Below, in pieces: positions 30,100 through 41,854 of a DNA stretch of 64,000 nt (its first letter is position 1; each line of letters starts with the position of its first letter). Origin of the DNA: Eledone cirrhosa (lineage: Eukaryota). The position numbers were made by a program, and so were the translations under genes. The stretch is taken from assembly GCA_964016885.1 (NCBI GenBank), contig OZ024741.1, positions 126,976,001 to 127,040,000 of the forward strand. Reading direction: 5' to 3'. The notes beneath the pieces were generated by a model, which saw nothing but the letters and a program-made list of their open reading frames with translations, did not search any database and was not told the DNA's origin.

Positions 30100-30142
30100 G
30101 TCAAAGTTCTTTCGTCACACATTCTGTGACCTCTTCAGTGAC
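30100..30142 (-). ncRNA. Type I minimal hammerhead ribozyme
   Basis: Minus strand: gtca-CTGAAGA-g gtcaca gaatg tgtgac-GAAA-gaac-TT-tgac, in a block bounded by (TA)n. Confidence 0.7.
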
Positions 30143-30172
30143 TGGGGATTCTTTTCTTTATTTAGTGCATCT

Positions 30173-30208
<36 letters not shown>

Positions 30209-33200
30209 CTGTGAACGAGTGATTGTGAGTGCCTCTATACAGTCGAAATACATTTCGGTGCGTGACGTGTCATCACTTTATTATGAGTTCAATACTTGAT
30301 CGTGTTTCACTTTTTTGACGAAAACATATAAATAATAGATCTGAGACCTATATAATCTTGGTCATTATCTTTGTTGCCTTCGTCGTTATCGTCGTCTTTG
30401 CCAACACTGTTATCGTAGTAATCATTATCCTCTTCATTTTGCGTCTATTCCTTCTTATTGACATAGGTTGGATAGGTCTATAACCATCATAGCGTTTCAT
30501 TGTAAGGTTCAGCAACAGAAGATCAGATATCGCCATGATTTTCCACCTTTTTTCTTCAGTTTTCCTCTTCTGAATTTTTATTTTCATTCCACTTTGATTA
30601 TTTCACCCAACTTAACCCAACTGCCATACTTTCTACATATCACATTTTCATACTTACACACTGACACTGAATCCTCTAATGCTCATTGTTTTACCTTCGG
30701 CTTACTTTTCTTCTGTCGGTCACGCATATGGATTGCGTACATCCAACAGATCTTTCTCGGCTCACTTCAACTATTTCCAACCAACACATATTCTTCATAT
30801 TCATTTCCCATATTATATAAATGTCTCACTTCGCACACAGTCATGTCATTTAACCCTTTACACAGCAAACCACCTGGAACCGCCGCCCCCGTATCTACAA
30901 TACAAAACTCTATATTTTGAAGTGTTTATATTTGCTCAAAAATCTTCCATCATAATTTTGTGTAATAAGCTTTGTGATGTTCGAAGTACAAGCATAATGA
31001 AAAAATTATATTATCAAATTCTTATATTTCTATATTTCTCGAAATTCTTGATTTTCAAAACGATTCGAAAACCATAGGCAGTGTCTTTCATTAGAAATAT
31101 GTTAATAAAAAGTTTAGAGTTTAAAAAGTTTAGAGTCTATATTTCTCTAAAACCATACCATCATAAATTTAAGAACCTTTTTCTTCTAGACAGGTTAATA
31201 CTGAGAAAGCTGGTTATATTATTAAATCATTCAAATTTCTTGATTAACATGAAAATCGTAGGCAGTGTATTTCATTAGAAATAAAAGGGTTTATATTTAT
31301 TTAAAAACCTTCCATCATAACTTTATGCAAGAACCTTTCTTAAATTATCTGTATATGTGTGTCTTTATACGTAAATATGTGTAGATAGCGACCAATGTTA
31401 GCGAGTGGTGAATATTTTTGACTAACTAGTAGGTCGTGCTCTTTATAGTGAATCATCCAATCTGGTCCAGATGTTTCATTGTTTTCCTAGTATTTATGGC
31501 TGGACTTTAATCTCTCACACCTCAATTATTTATTTATTTAAACAATTTAATCGTCTGTGTAGAGCTGGTAAGCCATGGCAGACTCGATCGATAGAATAAT
31601 CGACAAGATCCCAGACCTCATTCGCTTACCGAGTGGAGTGGAACTCGTCAAATCGGACCAAGAAAACAATGTTTCCATTGGTCTTTCCAGTTACTGATAT
31701 TATCTGCCGGTCGCAACTCCTGGCAGAAAGAGCAACAGGAAATAAAGTGTCTTACTGAAGGACATAACAAATCGCCCGATCCTGGAATCGAACTTGCAAC
31801 CTCACGATTGCGAATTCACTTCACTAATTACTTAACCATGCGCCTTCACAAAGGCAGATGGCAGACTAGTATGAATGTGTAGACTGGTAACCCCTGTTAG
31901 AGTCGTAAGGGCACCTTGGTGACATACAGCGTGACATGGACATTTTTTTTAAAACCTCTCCATCTCCTCTCTAAGATTGAATACAGCTGATTTCTTCCTG
32001 AGAAGGCGGGTGGAAAATAAGGGTGATAGAAAGGATGTTAGAAGGAGATATAGAGGAAGAATCGACCCAGTACTCGACTGGTACTCCTTTATCGATTTCG
32101 AAAGGATGAAAGGCAAAGTTGACCTCAGTGGGTTTTGAACTCTGACCTCAGAGAACCTGAACGATTACTGCAAAGTATTCTATCCAACTTTTTAACGACT
32201 CTACCAGTTCGAGGCCTTCAAGACGGACAGGGGGGATATCTAATATCTCTTCTATATAGCTGGTAAACGATGACAGGTTTGGAGAGGCATATAATACCCC
32301 TGTTTAGAAACATAAATGAGAGAGAGACACAGAGAGGGGAACATGAGGCAAAAGCAAAAATAAGAAAAAGGTGGAAAAATACACAACTAAAAAGTTAATA
32401 TTTCTGTTATTGAATCATTTCGTAGCCTCCATGTATTGGAAGATCTTATCTATAGTTCCTAGATCTTTGACAAAATATTGCAACTCCAATCCTAGTTGTT
32501 ATTTTTTAAAGATTATTTTCATATCTAGTAGGTTTTACATAGGAACAATAATGGTTTCTACTTTTCTACATTTGGCACATGGTCAGTAATTTGAAGGGAA
32601 GTAGATAATCGATGACACGACATCAGTGCATTACTGGTATTTAATTTTATTGACCTCGTAAGGATAAAAGGAAAAGTTAACCTCGACGGGGTTTGAACTC
32701 AGAACGTAAAGGGCCGTATGCCGCAATACTGCCTATCCACCGCCCTGGAACAAATAATCCCATACGGTTTCTGGATAGTCTTCACGGGAACATAGAGGGC
32801 GTTTCATTCTATCTCTTGTTTCTATGGCCAAAACTATTAATCTCACACAGCTTATTAATAGCTACCAAATGTTATCGCAGGCTATAGACAGGGACCCCAT
32901 CCAGAGAAAAGATCGGGTGGGGTTCATCTTTTTATCTGCTAGAGGTTGCGTAATCCGAAACAAATTCGCAATTAACTTTATGCACTCCTGTACCGAACGA
33001 TATAAATCATCATCATCGTTATCATCATATTCGAGGACACCACCACCACCACCACCACCACCAATAGCATCGTTATCGTCTTCGATAATCACCACTCCCG
33101 CCTTTATCATCAGTCCCATCATCCAAAATCATCCTTTATATGGATAAATTTACTTTACACACACGTGTATGTATGTTCAGACAAATATATATACACACAT

Positions 33201-33474
33201 ATCTATATATACACACAAATATATATACACACATATCTATACATGCAAATATATATATATATATATATATATATTGTTAGAGTATTGGATTCGCAATCGT
33301 AAGGTTGTGAGTTCGATTCCTGGACCAGGCGATACGTTATGTCCTTGAGCAAGACACTTTATTTCACGTTGCTTCTTCTACATGGAGTTGCGACCAATAG
33401 AAAGTATTAGCAATTGGAAAGACCAACGGAAGCATTGTTTCCTCGGTCCAATTTGACGAACGTCGATCGTTCCT

Positions 33475-33521
<47 letters not shown>

Positions 33522-33648
33522 CGGAGGAAATGTGGTAAGGAATCAGGTGGACCATAACGCACCAAAGTACTCAATACTTAGGGTAGTACAGTGGGTAATA
33601 GGAACGAGTAGGACCCCGACGGCTGAGCTCAAGCCGTTTCGACGTTCC

Positions 33649-33708
<60 letters not shown>

Positions 33709-33847
33709 AATGTTAATCAGGTTCATTGATTACTCAATGAATATAGTTTTACAATAGATTCAAAGCACTCTACAAAGAAGTTTTCTGGAGTTATTAATAT
33801 TATTCAAAATATTAATAAATGAAGACATTCACATAATCAAGATATAT

Positions 33848-33911
33848 GTTTTATTATATATATTTCGGAGGTACTGTGCTGTTTTTTCAGTACGTCCTCA
33901 TCAGATAAAAT
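33848..33911 (-). ncRNA. Type I hammerhead ribozyme inside a short inverted repeat (arms about 33797-33851 and 33974-34028)
   Basis: Minus strand: ttttat-CTGATGA-ggacgtactg...cagtacctcc-GAAA-tatata-TA-ataaaa. Confidence 0.8.
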
Positions 33912-34438
33912 ACATAAATTGATGTACGACAAACCACAACTGTCTTGATGGTTTAATTTCAGTCTTGGCTGCCAAACATATATTTTGATTATGCGAACGT
34001 CTTCATTTATTAATATTTTGAATAATATATATATATATATATATATATATTTGGGGGGCGGGGGGGGGGGGGTATGTCAATATTTATTTATAAAACAAAT
34101 CTGTATTTTATCTGAGGAAAGCGCACCATACTTTACCTTGGTCGCCCTTGAAGTATATATAATAAAATAATTATGGTTTTATAAATATAGTTTCCATTTA
34201 TTAATATATTGTATATTTACTCCACTAATTTGTTGAGTGCTTTATATCAGTTATAAAAAAAATGTTAAGCTTGTTGAATCCCAACAAATTAAATATAACC
34301 TCTGCATATATTCGGGAAAACTCTGGTAATGAGGTAATTATATCGTATTGTTTATTATACATTAAATTTAGCTCTGGTACTTACATAGAGCACTCTTCAC
34401 TCCTATGACTTTTTCAATTTTCAACGGAAACTTCAATA

Positions 34439-34521
<83 letters not shown>

Positions 34522-34523
<2 letters not shown>

Positions 34524-37018
34524 GTGGGAAAGTAAAAAATCGGAGAATAGACCGTTAAAACATGTTTATTTAAAATATCACCTACGTACGTTTCGCCCAG
34601 TTGGGCTTCTCAAGGGCATAAATAATCACAAGTGTTGCTTATATTGCTCGGAAAGAGTTTTGGGGGTTAAATCCAAATCAAGGTTCATTGCTCGCAAAAA
34701 TATCTTGTTTTGATTTTGCAGCAGGTCAAGGGAGGTAACTCTGGCCGGTGTTAGGGCAGTCTTTCCCGGACAATTTTTTTTTTTGTTTTTTGCCGCATCC
34801 GTTTGTCTGAGGCTGGGTCTGGTATGCAAGGATTGTTTAGTGGGTGTTATTTTGCAGCGCCTGCCCGCCGGGGTGTTAAGACTTGTTGCAGGGAGATCCA
34901 GTGTACTATTTCACTCTTCATCCTTAACCCATCTGAAGAAGGATATTTTTAAGCGATGTGTACAACTTATCGCTGTTTCAGCTCTGCTGTTGATGAGCTC
35001 GTGGGGTGCAGTTATGATGTGGTAGAGCTCCATGAGGCAAAGATCGCATTTCTTCTTGAAGTTGTACGGTGCAGCCCTGCCGACAATCTCCCAGTGCGTG
35101 GAGAAGCTGATGTTTAAGTCCTTTAGTGATGTGATGTAGTCCGCGAGCGAAGTGGAGTGCCTTAGTTTTCTATTTGTGAAAGAGTGGAGATGTGTTCGAA
35201 ACCTAATTTTGAACGGGCCGGAGGTGGCCCCTATATAATGTTTAACGGTATTGTGGCTAGTAATAGTGCATCTATATATAACCCTATCAGTCAAGCAGTA
35301 TCCCCTAAGGGGGCAGCGTCCTCTGTCGCAGCAGTTGCAATTTCTGTCGCGGTTCCGTCTATTTCCCACGGTAAGGCTATCATTGTTGCTGCCTGCGTTG
35401 TTACCTATGCTACCGCAGCTGTCGTTAGCACCATTACAACCCACAGCACTGCGGGATGGTGCGATTGTTATTCCGCACGTCATGTTCTGCATGTTCCCCA
35501 GTCATTTCGCGGTCATTCTGGTTGCGTCTGCGGATGCCGTTGCCAACACTATTGGATGCTGCCAGGGAGTTGTTAAGGCCGATATAGTTATTGTCAGGTG
35601 TAGGTGCGTCTGTGTCGAGGTGCTGTGTCTTGGTGATCTTACTGTGGTTCGTTGTTCCTATGATGTCTGCTAGGTTAGGAGTAGTAGAGAAGGATATTTG
35701 TATATTGTTCCTATTAAGAATTTTTCTATACCTATGGTTGGGCGGGAAGTTCTTCTCTAAGGCTTCGAAGAACATCCGGGGTATGTTGGAGGCCACACTC
35801 CGAGAGTAGGGGGGTGGAACCATAGGACGTTACGGTGGCGATTACGTGTCCTTGTACTTTTGTTACGGGTGGTTCCATCTAAGTGACCGCTCTTATGTGT
35901 GTTAATGCGCAGTCGCCCGTTCGGTGCCCCTTTCACTTTATGCTCGGGTGTACTCTTTCTACCTCTTCCATGTTTATGTACACGAAGATGTTGGTTGGAA
36001 GGCGTTGGTAGTAGGCCGTCGCCTTTGTTGGTTTTGTAATAGGGGAATAGTTTGAGTAATCTACAGTGTTCACCGTCGCCGGGGCCGTGATCTTTGGTGC
36101 GGTTATCTATTCTATTATATCCGACTTCAACGAGGTCGCCGCGTGATCGGTTATAGGTATGGCTTACTATAACGTTAGTTTTATGAGGGGGGGTGGTTTG
36201 TAGAGCTAGCTTTAGGGATGTAGGAAATTCCTCGGTTAAAGCCGGCGCTTATCAGGGCCCTATTGTAGTAATCAGCCGCTTTGTTGAAGATATCCTCATT
36301 GGCGGATAGCCTCGAGATTCTATGTGAGATACTATAGACTATGGAGTTGAGAGTCTGCTTAGGGTGGTTGGAGGCATAATTAATATAAGAGAGGCACTCT
36401 CCAGGCTTATGGTATGGCTTGTATAAGCCCGTACTCAACTCCAGGGTCACGTCCAGGAAGTTGACAACCCTGTGGTTGAGGTCCATAGTTACGGATAGGC
36501 CGTATGACTTAAAGAACCTGTGTATATGTTTGTTAAGGTTCTCTATCCTACGGGGGCTATGGTTCCTAACGGTAAACAGGACGTCGTCCCTATATACACC
36601 TCCTTGTAGGGCCGGTATTTCTTCCCTAAGCTTATGTAGGAGGTATATCCCGACCAGATCAGTTGCTTGCGCTGAGTCACTGGACCCCATCGTGACATAG
36701 AAGTTATCAGGACGGTTGGTTCTGGTCCAGTGGGTGCCTTCGAACTGGATAATGGTTCTACGTGCCGCTAGAATTATGTCTATTTCTTTTTTAGTGAGGC
36801 TAGTGTTAGATCTAGCTAAGATAAGTGCCTTATTTAAGAGTATGGGGGAGATAGAGGCGTAGTAGCTATCTATATCAAACTGGATGAATTTCAGGGTGGC
36901 TTTATCCGGCAACTCGGTGAACTAATTTATGACCTGGTCGGTGTTGCCCCAGAGGCAGACCTTAGCCTTTCTATTAAGCTCGAGTAGTACTCTGTCGAGG
37001 ATCACTTTACTAATCTTT
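34522..37018 (-). mobile_element. 5'-truncated, frameshifted PLE (Hydra-like clade) between (TA)n tracts
   Basis: FIQFDIDSYYASIS, NFYVTMGSSDSAQATDLVG, YRDDVL, NFLDVTLEL, PPPYSRSV, CNCCDRGRCPLRGYC...VIYRC...YIGAT...FKIRF...H, CDLCLME, INSRAE...CTH. Confidence 0.9.
34578..34618 (-). ncRNA. Hammerhead with U3-A8 core in the 3' UTR of the Hydra-like PLE
   Basis: Minus strand: gccc-TTGAGAA-gccc aact gggc-GAAA-cgtacg-TA-ggtg; palindromic stem III ACGTACGT; stem I short. Confidence 0.65.
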
Positions 37019-37051
37019 ATATATATATATAAGTAATATATATATATATAT

Positions 37052-37135
37052 ACAGAAGCGAAAAGCGAAAACCAACCAAACAGTGAGTGTGTTCTGTTAT
37101 TAATTCTGGTAATATTACACAAATATGACCCTCCC

Positions 37136-37141
<6 letters not shown>
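37052..37141 (+). mobile_element. Isolated 3'-terminal fragment of the 8.2-14.0 kb PLE family inserted in (TA)n
   Basis: agcgaaaaccaaccaaacagtgagtg...gaccctccccaaatata matches about 13950-14029 with few substitutions. Confidence 0.85.
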
Positions 37142-37182
<41 letters not shown>

Positions 37183-37361
37183 AATCAGGAAAGAAGGTTG
37201 ACATGGTTTGCATTTAACTATTATGGACTGCATTTAACTATTATTTGTTACCCCGTATATATATATATATATATATATATATAACGGAGGAAATGTGGTA
37301 AGGAACAAGGTGGACCATAACGCACCAAAGTACTCAATACTTAGGGTAGTAGAGTGGGTAA

Positions 37362-37482
37362 TAGGAATGAGTAGGACCCCGACGGCTGAGCTCAAGCCGT
37401 TTCGACGGCTAATTCTGGACACCAGTCCAGAATTAGCCGTCGAAACGGCTTGAGCTCAGCCGTCGGGATTCTACTCATTCCT
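37362..37482. repeat. Fold-back palindrome made of the 3' half of a hammerhead (22.7-kb family)
   Basis: aggaatgagtagg...gacggctaattctggac-acca-gtccagaattagccgtc-GAAA-cggcttgagctcagccg-TC-ggga...ctactcattcct. Confidence 0.85.
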
Positions 37483-37844
37483 GTATATATATATATGTGT
37501 GTGTATATATACTCATACACACACACATGCGTGTGTGTATGTGTCTTAGTGTAGGGTTAGCCAGCCGTAACTAGCTTACTGAAAAGAAATACAAATAAAA
37601 AAGATATCACGGATATTAAATTTTACTCTAATTCATGTAAGTGAATACTGCTACTATATATTTCTGCCCCGATATACAGCTATGATATAAATCCACCTCG
37701 TAAGAACAAACATCTTTATTTCTACAGATATGCCATAATGGTGGTAGTTAATAAACAAATAGATATAGAGAAAAAGAAAAAGAAAAAAATGGGTGGGAGA
37801 AAGATAAAGTTTTTAAAATGGTAGAAGCTGAGAGATAGTGAGAG

Positions 37845-37964
37845 GTGGTAGTGGTGGAGGGAGAGAGATAGAGAGAAAGTGGTGGTGTTGGAGAGAGAGA
37901 TAGAGAGAGAGAGAAAGTGGTGGTGTTGGAGAGAGAGAGAGAGAGAGAGAGAGAAAGTGGTGGT

Positions 37965-38003
<39 letters not shown>

Positions 38004-38010
38004 TGGTGGT

Positions 38011-38051
<41 letters not shown>

Positions 38052-38239
38052 TGGTGGTGTTGGAGAGAGAGAAAGTGGTGGTGTTGGAGAGAAAGAGAGA
38101 GAGAAAGGGAGAGAGAGAGAGAGAAAGAGAGGTGGTGGTGTTGGAGAGAGAGAGAGATAGTGGAGGTGTTGGAGAGAGAGAGAGAGAGAGATAGTTGAGG
38201 TGTTGGAGAGAGAGAGAGAGAGAGAGAGATAGTGGAGGT

Positions 38240-38284
<45 letters not shown>

Positions 38285-38330
38285 AGAGAAAGTGGTGGTG
38301 TTCGAGAGAGAGAGATAGAAAGTGATGGTG

Positions 38331-38372
<42 letters not shown>

Positions 38373-38380
38373 TGGTGGTG

Positions 38381-38415
<35 letters not shown>

Positions 38416-38545
38416 AAGTGGTGGTGTTGGAGAGAGAGAGAGAGAGAGAGAAAGTGGTGGTGTTTGAGAGAGAGAGAGAGAGAGAGAGTGAGATAGAAAG
38501 TGGTGGTGTTGGAGAGAGAAAGTGGTGGTGTTTGAGAGAGAGACG
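37845..38545. repeat. (GA)n minisatellite punctuated by aagtggtggtgttg
   Basis: About 19 units of the motif plus a variable GA tract. Confidence 0.9.
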
Positions 38546-39248
38546 GGGGGGGGAGAATTTCGCTGTATGTATGATAATGATAAACTGAGATGGGAGAGAG
38601 GGAGAGTAAATGTGTATTGTGTGTGTGAGAATGTGTGTGTGTGTGTGCGTTTGTGCGTTTTGCTGTGTATGTATGTGTTTTGCTCTGTCTGTGTGTGAGA
38701 GTAGGTATTTTAATGTGTATGTGAGTGTGTGTGTATGTGTTTTGCTGTGTGTGTATGTATTTTGTTGTGTCTGTGTGTGTGTGAGTGTCTATTTTGCTGT
38801 GTCTGTGAGTGTGTGTGTGAGAGAGAGTGTGTATGTATTTTGCTATGTCTGTGTGAGTGTGTGTGTGTGTGTATATGTTTGTATGTGTATATGTGTTTTG
38901 CTGTGTCTGTGTGTATCGGTATGTGTAAATGTATGTTTGCATATTGGTGTCTGTGTGAATACGTGTGTGTGTGTATGAATGTGTGTATCTGTGTATGTGT
39001 ATGTGTATGTGATTTGTTGTGTTTGTGTGTGTAAGTGTGTGTATGTCTGTGTGTGTGTGTGTTTTCAGATGTGTTTGTGAGTGTGTGTGATGTATGTAAT
39101 CCTGTATATATTCCTATATATATATATATATATATGTTGAAAAAAAATGAAAACGAAATTTCATTTCTCACTCTTAGTATGGCACTTACTTAAATGTAAG
39201 TATGTATGTATACGTACATACATATATGTATACAGACGTACGGTAGCA

Positions 39249-39344
<96 letters not shown>

Positions 39345-39681
39345 TATACACATATGCATACAGGTACACATACATATATGCACGCATCAGTTTAGCCGAC
39401 GTTTATTATAACGCCTGCTTTGTTCGTTTGTTTGTCAACAAATCGAACAGCCTGTACGTCTGTATACATATATGTATGTACGTATACATACATACTTACA
39501 TTTAAGTAAGTGCCATACTAAGAGTGAGAAATGAAATTTCGTTTTCATTTTTTTTCAACTTATCGTTCTCGGTATGCCTGACCGATTTAACTCACTCAAT
39601 ATGCAAATTAGGCTGCTCAGCCGTTAGTTTTCATAAGGAAAGTATATACTTTCGAACATTCAACTATCTGGCAGATGGGTA

Positions 39682-39726
39682 AACGGTGCTGATGATAGCT
39701 AACAAGCTTGAAACTAGTACATCGTT
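39682..39726 (+). ncRNA. Canonical type I minimal hammerhead ribozyme, copy 1
   Basis: aacggtg-CTGATGA-t agct aaca agct t-GAAA-ctag-TA-catcgtt; 7-bp stem I; palindromic stem III ACTAGT; predicted cleavage after GUA at 39719. Confidence 0.88.
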
Positions 39727-39896
39727 CCTGTGTCAGTGTTGAACAAAAAGGTGACGTGGTTGCCTTAACACCGTATGGCATAAATTCAGGCTGTTCGATT
39801 TGTTGACAAACAAACGAACAAAGAAGGCGTTATAATAAACGTTGGCTAAACTGATGCGTGCATATATGTATGTGTACCTGTATGCATATGTGTATA

Positions 39897-39990
<94 letters not shown>

Positions 39991-40224
39991 TGCTACTGTA
40001 CGTCTGTATACATATATGTATGTACGTATACATACATACTTACATTTAAGTAAGTGCCATACTAAGAGTGAGAAATGAAATTTCGTTTTCATTTTTTTCA
40101 ACTTATCGTTCTCGGTATGCCTGACCGATTTAACTCACTCAATATGCAAATTAGGCTGCTCAGCCGTTAATTTTCATAAGGAAAGTATATACTTTCGAAC
40201 GTTCAACTATCTGGCAGATGGGTA

Positions 40225-40269
40225 AACGGTGCTGATGATAGCTAACAAGCTTGAAACTAGTACATCGTT
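40225..40269 (+). ncRNA. Canonical type I minimal hammerhead ribozyme, copy 2
   Basis: Identical to copy 1 and 543 nt downstream; predicted cleavage after 40262. Confidence 0.88.
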
Positions 40270-40439
40270 CCTGTGTCAGTGTTGAACAAAAAGGTGACGT
40301 GGTTGCCTTAACACCGTATGGCATAAATTCAGGCTGTTCGATTTGTTGACAAACAAACGAACAAAGCAGGCGTTATAATAAACGTCGGCTAAACTGATGC
40401 GTGCCTATATGTATGTGTACCTGCATGCATATGTGTATA

Positions 40440-40483
<44 letters not shown>

Positions 40484-40545
40484 TGCTACTGTACGTCTGT
40501 ATACATATATATATGTACGTATACATACATACTTACATTTATATA

Positions 40546-40582
<37 letters not shown>

Positions 40583-40672
40583 TTGTATATATATATATAT
40601 ATATACGTTATTCCGGGTTGAATCGGAGGTAACCACAGTAAGTAAGGTACTCAATACATTGTAGAGTATAAA

Positions 40673-40799
40673 AGTTTTAATATAGAGGAGATTCTACAGG
40701 ACTAGAACTGTTTCATTCTTTAGAAATCATCAAGATTCCTGATGATTTCTAAAGAATGAAACAGTTCTAGTCCTGTAGAATCTCATCTATATTAAAACT
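40673..40799. repeat. Short fold-back palindrome with a truncated hammerhead core
   Basis: Arms of about 60 bp around agattcc; the right arm has CTGATGA-tttctaaagaat-GAAA-cagtt but lacks the 5' strand of stem I. Confidence 0.8.
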
Positions 40800-41244
40800 A
40801 TATATATATATATATATATATAGTGGCTGCCAACTCGTTTTCGAGTACGGCCACTACTTTATATCCATGTAGGAGAACCCCTAATGATGCGCTGAACGAG
40901 TGTGACTTTTTAGTCCAGCCAGCGACTTGAAAACTCTGGTACAAACACTAAACTTGTGACAATTATTGACACATAGTGCTGGGCCCATGGTACCATGTGA
41001 CGACAAGTGCAGAGAGAACTCCAGATATAAAGCAATGCCTGTGCCGTGAAGCTTTTATAGTGAGCAAAGGCACTGCACAAAGCCAGTCCCACTCTCTTAA
41101 CCAAGATGATATTTACCATCATTGAGTCGTTGCCGACTAAACTGGCAACCCCACCAAGGTTTCTTGGTGAGGAAGGTGACTTTGGACATCCTGCAGGATA
41201 TATATACATATATATATATATGCACACATATATATATATTCCTG

Positions 41245-41277
<33 letters not shown>

Positions 41278-41278
41278 T

Positions 41279-41350
<72 letters not shown>

Positions 41351-41854
41351 TTTGGTTGTGTGTAATTAGTTCTTTAGACATTTCGTTAGTTCATCTCGGT
41401 ACTGCATCAATGTATCATGTAATGTTGAGAAACACTAAGATGATGTTGCATGTAGCTGCTGCTGTTGCTGCTGCATGTTGCATGTTGCATGCAGCAGCTG
41501 TGTTATTTGATCAGTCTAGATGTTACTGTTGTTGTCATTGCTGCTGTTACTATTGTTGTTTTTGTTATTGTTACTGCGGTTGTTGTTGTTGTTACTGTTC
41601 TCATTGCTGCTGTTACTACTGTTGTTTTTGTTATGTTACTGCGGTTGTTGTTGTTGTTATTATTACTGTTGTTGCTAGGGCGGTGCATTGGCAGTATCGG
41701 TAGAGGGTCGGACGTCATGCTTTACAGCATAGAGTTACGGCCCTTTATGATCTGAGTTCAAATGCCGCCGAGGTCAACTTTGCTTTTCATCCTTACGGGG
41801 TCGATAAAATAAAGTACCAGTAATTGCTGGCCTTGTGCCAACAGTAGAAATAAT

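Larger units (their letters stand above)
39135..40541 (+). mobile_element. Non-coding, hammerhead-bearing tandem element (about 543-bp unit, just over two copies) with an inverted 5' segment; retrozyme-like or non-autonomous PLE derivative
   Basis: Units start at 39455, 39999 and 40492 (partial). 39135-39454 is the reverse complement of about 39788-40102. No ORF; (TA)n flanks. Confidence 0.8.

Noticed and set aside
37722-39171. 406-aa and ERER-type ORFs
   Set aside because: (GA)n and (TG)n repeats; no domain content.
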